In this document: one piece after another, positions 48,201-54,300 of the stretch
Numbering within the stretch: position 1 is the stretch's first letter
Layout of the letters: each line of letters begins with the position of its first letter
Source: an uncultured bacterium
GTDB taxonomy: Bacteria; Omnitrophota; Omnitrophia; Omnitrophales; Abzuiibacteriaceae
Reading direction: 5' to 3'
Assembly: GCA_964387845.1 (NCBI GenBank)
Contig: CAYLXA010000009.1
Span: forward strand, 32,001 to 96,000
DNA: 64,000 nucleotides
Notes under the pieces: model-generated
What the model was told of the DNA's origin: nothing
The model's input: only the letters and a program-made list of their open reading frames with translations
Database searches by the model: none
Position numbers and translations under genes: made by a program

Positions 48201-49771
48201 TTAATTGCTTCGTCATACTCTTCCGGGTTTGTAACATCGCCGAACAACACATCCGTGACGATACCTTCGGTATTTTCAAATGCTTTTAACGTGTTTGCTT
48301 CTCTTAGGCGGGATTTTTCGTTGTAGTCAGCAGCAATTACAACCAACGGATGTTCCTTGAGATGTTTGCCGCGCAAAGTGTTCTGAATAATGTGATCGAC
48401 TGTTAATTTTAAAAGATGCCCGTCGCCTGCGCCCATATCCGCAATTCCGGCAGGCTGGGCTTCAATAGGCGCGTTAAAAATCCGGTCAACCCGCGCAATA
48501 ATATCTTGGATATAAGCTTTATGCGCAAAGCTGCTGCCCCAGATATCCATCACGCGGTCAATGTGGCCGTCCCGGTCAATACCAAGCGGATCCGGATTTC
48601 CAAAAAGCATTTGGTCTAAAACTTTGTAGGATTTTAAATAGGATGTCGTAACGCCATAGCTGCCCACTTTCTTCATAAACGACAGCCCTTTGGGTGTGAG
48701 GCGGACTAGATGACGCTGATGCGGCTGCCGCTCGGCCAGACTATGTATTGCCAACAGGTCGAATGCTGCGTCTATAAAACCGCGCTGAAAGCTTTCGGAA
48801 ATGAGCCCAATATCAAAACTATTGTTTTGAGCTTCTAATTGATTAAAGATTGATTCTCCGACTTGGACAATTTCGCCGTCAACATCGCGATAAACAGGCA
48901 TACCGAGCGCCACCATCGTTGCGCTCATGATGATACCGTCGATTTGAGTCCGTACTTCCTCAATTACCCTGCCCACTACCCTTGAATCATGGTGCCTGAA
49001 TATAGGACTGGATGAGCTTGGCAAACTCCATCCACGCGCACTTTGTTCAACCAATGCCTTATACTGCTTAAGTTCCACGTAGCGCCCGTCTTGGCTTGGT
49101 TGATGAAAATATTCATGAAGCCTTACAACGTCCGCGATTCCTTTAACCGGTGTTTCTAAATAGCCGGCATTTGCAAGCAATGCCGCAATCTGCCCTTTTT
49201 CCGTTAGTGAAAAAACGGTCTGCTGGTCAATGCCCCACATCCTAACCCACCCCTGCAGGGCAAGCGTCCGCATCGCTCCGTAAATGTTGCCTGCATTAAA
49301 TTTTTCTCCATACGATGCAAACCTTGACTCTAAACTGGCTAAACTTAAGGATTCAGGCTGTGTCCAAGACCCGAATTGATAGAAAACACCCGCTTTAGAT
49401 AAATAATGAAGTATGGGAATTGTCATAAGGCCGTTAATGTGCTGGAAGATCAGCGACCGAACTTCGCTTTCGGATACAGGGCCGATATTGGATCTTAATT
49501 CCGACCTGGGATTAAAAAGCGTTTTGACAAACTGGACGGTGATATCCGCGAGCGAATGCTGCTCTAAGATTTTTTCTTCCGGAAGATCAAGTTCTTTTCT
49601 GAGTTCGGAACGGAATGCGGGCACCATATCCGCCGATTCCGGACGCAGCGTAGAATTATATTTCAGCGCCGAGGTCAGGTAAGGAATGTCGGAATAAGCG
49701 ATAGAACTTGTAAATGAAAACGAAACTACAAGCAGTGCAGAAATTAACTTAAGAAAATAATTTTGTTTCAT
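36245..49771 (-). CDS. Giant polyprotein-like gene of about 4508 aa. Modules in order: leader, O-methyltransferase-like module, transmembrane segments, two MeaB/ArgK-type GTPases, methylmalonyl-CoA mutase catalytic and B12-binding domains, a SAM methyltransferase, biotin carboxylase, carboxyltransferase beta then alpha, a P-loop kinase, and the conserved C-terminal domain. Eight exact RSELR motifs plus the KSELR variant. The start is moved to the ATG at 49769..49771.
   Basis: Stop-free frame of 13.5 kb. Leader: [30 protein letters not shown]. The track's GTG start at 49786 would overlap the upstream stop and translates a repeat remnant. Confidence 0.8.
   Translation of the reverse strand: [4508 protein letters not shown]
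36880..37560 (-). other. P-loop kinase module, uridine-kinase/PRK-like.
   Basis: [17 protein letters not shown]. Flanked by RSELR on both sides. Confidence 0.45.
37620..39330 (-). other. Acyl-CoA carboxylase carboxyltransferase beta module, then the alpha module.
   Basis: Beta: [16 protein letters not shown] zinc finger and GGARILEG. Alpha: [25 protein letters not shown] and [13 protein letters not shown]. Confidence 0.7.
39500..40790 (-). other. Biotin carboxylase (ATP-grasp) module.
   Basis: [32 protein letters not shown]. Starts directly after [13 protein letters not shown]. Confidence 0.7.
40830..41830 (-). other. SAM-dependent methyltransferase module.
   Basis: [15 protein letters not shown] motif I. 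Preceded by the KSELR variant. Confidence 0.5.
41850..43950 (-). other. Methylmalonyl-CoA mutase catalytic barrel followed by its B12-binding domain.
   Basis: [18 protein letters not shown] and [14 protein letters not shown]. B12 domain: [32 protein letters not shown]. Confidence 0.7.
44100..45150 (-). other. MeaB/ArgK-type GTPase module 2.
   Basis: [16 protein letters not shown] and [21 protein letters not shown]. Confidence 0.65.
45500..46400 (-). other. MeaB/ArgK-type GTPase module 1 (methylmalonyl-CoA mutase chaperone family).
   Basis: [16 protein letters not shown] P-loop and [20 protein letters not shown]. Confidence 0.65.
47950..49450 (-). other. Class I SAM-dependent O-methyltransferase-like module.
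   Basis: [11 protein letters not shown] SAM-binding motif with an upstream dimerisation-like region. Coordinates are approximate. Confidence 0.5.
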
Positions 49772-49772
49772 C

Positions 49773-51347
49773 TTATCCCTTACCACTGCTTTCGTCAGAT
49801 TCCCCTTTAATGTACCAGCGGCCGTTTTCCCATTTTTCCGTGAGCATGCGGCGGTAAAGTTCGGGGCCTTGGCTGAGGCCGACAGTCGGCGCGATTACGA
49901 CAACGTTAAAGCCAATCCGGTTCAGTTTTCGGATAAGGCGTTCTTTATGGAAACCGCCCGCGATTAAAACGGATTCGGGTTCCCGGTCAGCTTTGATTTT
50001 CTCCGTGAGATTTTCCACGAGCGCCTGGTCGCGCATGTTGGCGATGCGGTAAAAAGATTGAAATTCATCGAGTGTTTCATCCAGTTTCGCCAAATTAGAC
50101 GGTAACGAAATATTTTTTCCCTGCCCGCCGGCCTGCGCATTGAGAAAATTTTTCCATCCTGCGATTTTGAAGCGGTCGCGCTCGTCCATGAAAACCTGAT
50201 ACTGCTCAGGGACGAGCTCCAATTTGACAAGCGATTCCAGAATCACGAGATCGTTTGACATCCGGTAAACCCGCTTCCCTTCCGGTGTTTCCAAAAATGC
50301 GTCTGCAATACGGTCTGTGAGCTTTGCTTTTTCATCGAAAAACGCGAGCGAATCAATCTGATCCTGCTTCCTCAAATACGGAATAGCGCCTTTGACGGAC
50401 GGATACTTATTGGTATCGATCGAATTTTTTTCGGCAAGTTCGATTAATTTTTCGTAAAAATCGGCGCGCTTATTGGCGTCTTTCTCAACGCCGTGTTCCG
50501 TATCCAAAACCGCGCGCAGTTCTTTGGCATCGACGCGGCGCTGCATCTCACGGACCAATTGTGTGCGCTCGTAATCGACTTTTTCGAAATCGGCGGTAGA
50601 TTCCAATTTAATCAAACTGGAAAGCACTTCGACGTTCGGATAATCCGAAATCGAGATATTTTTCTTAGCGGCGAACTGAAAAAGAAGTTTGGCTTCCTGG
50701 TGCAGGTTGTGTTTGGCTGTAAAATCCTCAAGCTGGGTTTCAAATTCTAAAAATTCCTTCGGATAGAGACCGGGCTTGACGGCATTCACCGCAATCCTGA
50801 CCTGTTTGAGCTGGTCTAGCATGTTCTGCATGAGCGGCTCAACTTTGGTAAATGCAATCAGGTTTTCGTCATACAAAACCTGGCTTTCGATTCCCCACAA
50901 GAGCAACGGATAGTCTTCCGTGAAGTTTAAATATTCTTCTCCCGAAATTTTGCCTTCGCGCATCAGTTTGGTGCCGATTTCAACGCGTTTCTCCTTAGGG
51001 CCCACGCGGTATTCCGACAAACTCACATCGCCGATTCCGCCTTCGACCAAAACAAGCCGGATGTCGCGCGCTTTGTGGAGCGACTCGATGATTTTTGCCA
51101 TCGCTTTTTGAGCTTCAAAATTAACGTGTGCGTCTAGGATATAAAAGATATTGAAAGGCTTTGAGCCCGGATGGTATTCCGAAATGCGGCCGGTTTCTTC
51201 GGGAATCTTAATCTGCGCGATATCGGCAGGAAGCGACACTTTGGAGCTTGCTGAGTAAAGTTCAGGGGCGCCTAAAAAACTCAGGGAAGCTATCAGAGCT
51301 AGGCAAATTGCGGTTGTGCGAAAACGTGGAGTGAAAACCATATGCAA
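49773..51347 (-). CDS. TraB/GumN/Tiki-like putative hydrolase or protease with an N-terminal signal peptide. It is paralogous to the N-terminal domain of the truncated giant gene at 1..4211.
   Basis: ILDAHVNFEAQKAM...LVLVEGG and VLIAGGFHKERLIRKL correspond to IQDAHSELGAQENIQ...LYLEGG and VLVTGGFHEEGLKEL in the other gene. It has no RSELR motif. Confidence 0.6.
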   Translation of the reverse strand: MHMVFTPRFRTTAICLALIASLSFLGAPELYSASSKVSLPADIAQIKIPEETGRISEYHPGSKPFNIFYILDAHVNFEAQKAMAKIIESLHKARDIRLVLVEGGIGDVSLSEYRVGPKEKRVEIGTKLMREGKISGEEYLNFTEDYPLLLWGIESQVLYDENLIAFTKVEPLMQNMLDQLKQVRIAVNAVKPGLYPKEFLEFETQLEDFTAKHNLHQEAKLLFQFAAKKNISISDYPNVEVLSSLIKLESTADFEKVDYERTQLVREMQRRVDAKELRAVLDTEHGVEKDANKRADFYEKLIELAEKNSIDTNKYPSVKGAIPYLRKQDQIDSLAFFDEKAKLTDRIADAFLETPEGKRVYRMSNDLVILESLVKLELVPEQYQVFMDERDRFKIAGWKNFLNAQAGGQGKNISLPSNLAKLDETLDEFQSFYRIANMRDQALVENLTEKIKADREPESVLIAGGFHKERLIRKLNRIGFNVVVIAPTVGLSQGPELYRRMLTEKWENGRWYIKGESDESSGKG

Positions 51348-51385
51348 TCAGCCCTACCTCCCTATTTAATTCTGATTCGTACGAT

Positions 51386-54300
51386 TTACGCCGAACGGAG
51401 CGTCCGCAATTCGCTGCGAAGCTGAATACTCAATTGCTCAACAATATCCCGGATGCCGAGCGCCCGATAAAGCGCGCTGACATCTTCGCGCGACACATAC
51501 TCGACAAGACTTTTGTAACGTTCGCCGAGACGCTCAAAAAATGCTTTTTCGCGCTTAGAAGCAAGAATGCGTGTTTTATTAGCACCTTTTTCGATTAATT
51601 GCCGGCGCGCATCCGGATAACTTCTTGAAAATACCACATGATCGATTGAAATACCCTGAAGCACGTCCCGGATAGCGGCTTCACCGGTGCTGTCAACCAC
51701 AAATGCAATCCGGTCGACCTTCGGAACGATAAAACGAAGCGCCCACAAAAGCTCCTGGCCCTTTTCCGTTCTTTCGCTTTCGGCCAGCACAAGATCTTGA
51801 GTCAAAATCGTGCCAAGAACTTGATCGGATTGAGAAGGCGCAAAATAATCAAAGAAACGGATGGTGCTCGTGGGGTCATCATAATTGGGAAACCGCAGGT
51901 TTTCAACCGCTGCGTAGACAAACCCGCCAAGCTCTGTGCGCGCATTCCGATCAACCATATCGCCGAGCGTCGCAAAATCATCAACAACAGCACTTGATGC
52001 CCTCAATTCAGATCGAATGCCGGATTTTTCACTGGTTGCGGCCAATTGAGATTCCGCGGATGGCCCTACGTTCCTCCGAACCACAATCTTTGAAATTAAA
52101 TCCCTAATTCCGGAATCTGTTCTTTGATACGTACTCAAATTCGGTAATTTCAAACCTAAAGCCCCGGACAAACTTTTGAGCGTCGGGTGCTTAATTTTAC
52201 CTTGAACCATTGATTGGAGCGCGACGCGAAGTCTGTCCCTTGTGGGGGCTGGTTTAGTTTCCATTTGGTCTTTCGAATTTCTGAGCGAACCTTCAGTGAC
52301 AGCCCATTGTATGACTGCTTCAATAGCGGGATCGGACTTCCGATAGTTAACTAAAGTATCATAGGCGACATCCGCCTCAGCCGCTAACTCAGTTAAAGTT
52401 GTTTGCAGCCTACCTTCTTGGCCTAAGCGTTTCACCGTATCCAATATTCTGTCGCGGACAGACATCTTCGGAGTTTCTGTTTCTTCGCGCAACTCGGAAC
52501 GGCCGGATTGTCGCGATCGGAAAGCCCGGATTCCTTCCATGAGCTGAGTGCCGGTGACAGCTATCGCTTCACTTGCACCGGAGCCACCCTGAATTTCTCG
52601 CTCAACATCTTTTATCTCCAGTGTATCAATGAACGCTGGGACCGTCTGATTATCAATATTCGATCCCGATGATTTCACATAATCGGCAAACAAACGGTCG
52701 ATAGCAGAATTCACTTGGTCAGGAGTTGCCTCTGTCGCCCTTAATTCACTGCGCGGCTCCTGAATCCCGTCTGTATCAGAATCAGCCTGGCCGCTTTGCT
52801 CGGCTGTTTGAGCAACCGTAACGAAGTAGAAGGTCCCGCGTTTTGAAACACGGGCGCTTGGCACTGCGCCGGCTTCGGCTTGTTTCGGCATTGTTAGATT
52901 GATTCGGTTTATCAGCCACTCCAAAGTAAGAAGATTGGAAACACGCTGATCTCCGTCACGATAGAGTTCGGCAATCAAGTAAGTTTGCCCCTCCACTTTC
53001 TCGGAAATTGCAATTTTGTAAGAATAAGGCTCGATCAGAAAAACACGCTGCTTTCTGCCCACATACTTGATTGCAATATGAAATGGGCCGCTTAATTCAA
53101 CTGCTTTCCGGCCAAGTTTAAAATCAGATCTTTGCTTCGACAATTTAATAGGAACAACCCACAGCGCCGCCCAAAGGCCGGCTCCCAGCGCTGCGAAGCC
53201 GTACTGAGAAACAATATAAAAAAAGTCACTCGCGATGCTGACCGAACCTCCCAAATTATTTCTGAGCTCTGAACGCGAGGCAACTACCTCTGCATCTTCG
53301 GGGCCTAGATAAATTGTGTTTAAAATATCCTCGGGAATCAAAGCAACAATTTGTTTTGCAATAACGGCCGGAGCCCGAATGGCTGCCGATAAAGTAAAAT
53401 TCGATATTTCAATGATCAGCGTTTCGTTGGCAATATCAAATTTAAAATTGACTATATCTTCATCTGGATCGGGATGTAATTTGATCTCAATGCGCGGAAG
53501 TATATCGAGATTACGGTGTGCACGGCCAAAAGCTGATATTAAATGTGAACGCAAATACTCTTGCGGAGTCACTTTCGCCTCTTTTGAAGCTGCTGAAGAG
53601 AAAGGTGTATTTGTCCGGTTTGCGAATGCCGAAAATCCTCGCTTGATTACTAAAGTGACTAACGAAATGACACCAGCGAATAAACCGCCGGCAATATATT
53701 GAGAACCGGCATACACCAAATCAGAATATTCGGATGCACGAAGTTCGGATTTCTCGGCGCTGCCGGCTTGCGTTTCCAATTCGGCAAGTAACTTTTCGGC
53801 TTCCCTATCAGCTTCGGCGCTCTTTTTAAAAAGCGACAGGAAGAGATATATGAGAAAAGTAGAAATAAAACTGACACCGATTGCTACCTGCATCGGCTTT
53901 GAAGGGTCATGCGAAAGCCATTTGGTTAGCTGGTAAACAACAAACCCCGAAATAGCAGACGCGCCGGCAGAAATCGCCAACCTTACCAGTGAATTACGTA
54001 GTTCGGAACGGTGAGCATCATCCGAACTGGATTTTGGAGTTGAATTTTGATCTTTAATTTCACGAACAAAAAGTCGGAAGAAAATGCTCAACAGTACATT
54101 ACCAATCCACAATCTGAATTTACGGGTTGAACTTTGGTCTGTGACTGAACTGCCTGCTACCGCGGCACTCATAAGGTCAAATTCATCGTCATTGTCATTG
54201 GCAACCTGAGATCCGCTCGTTTGATTTGTCGCTTGTGGTTTTAAACGCCAATACGCAAGAAGCGTCAAGCCAATAATCGTTCCCACCACAATTAACCCAA

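Noticed and set aside
18817-49771. Giant ORFs as NRPS/PKS megasynthases, because of the AMP-binding domain.
   Set aside because: I see only one adenylating (acyl-CoA synthetase-type) domain. There are no condensation, ketosynthase or acyltransferase motifs and no carrier-protein serine motif. The modules are ordinary stand-alone primary-metabolism enzymes.
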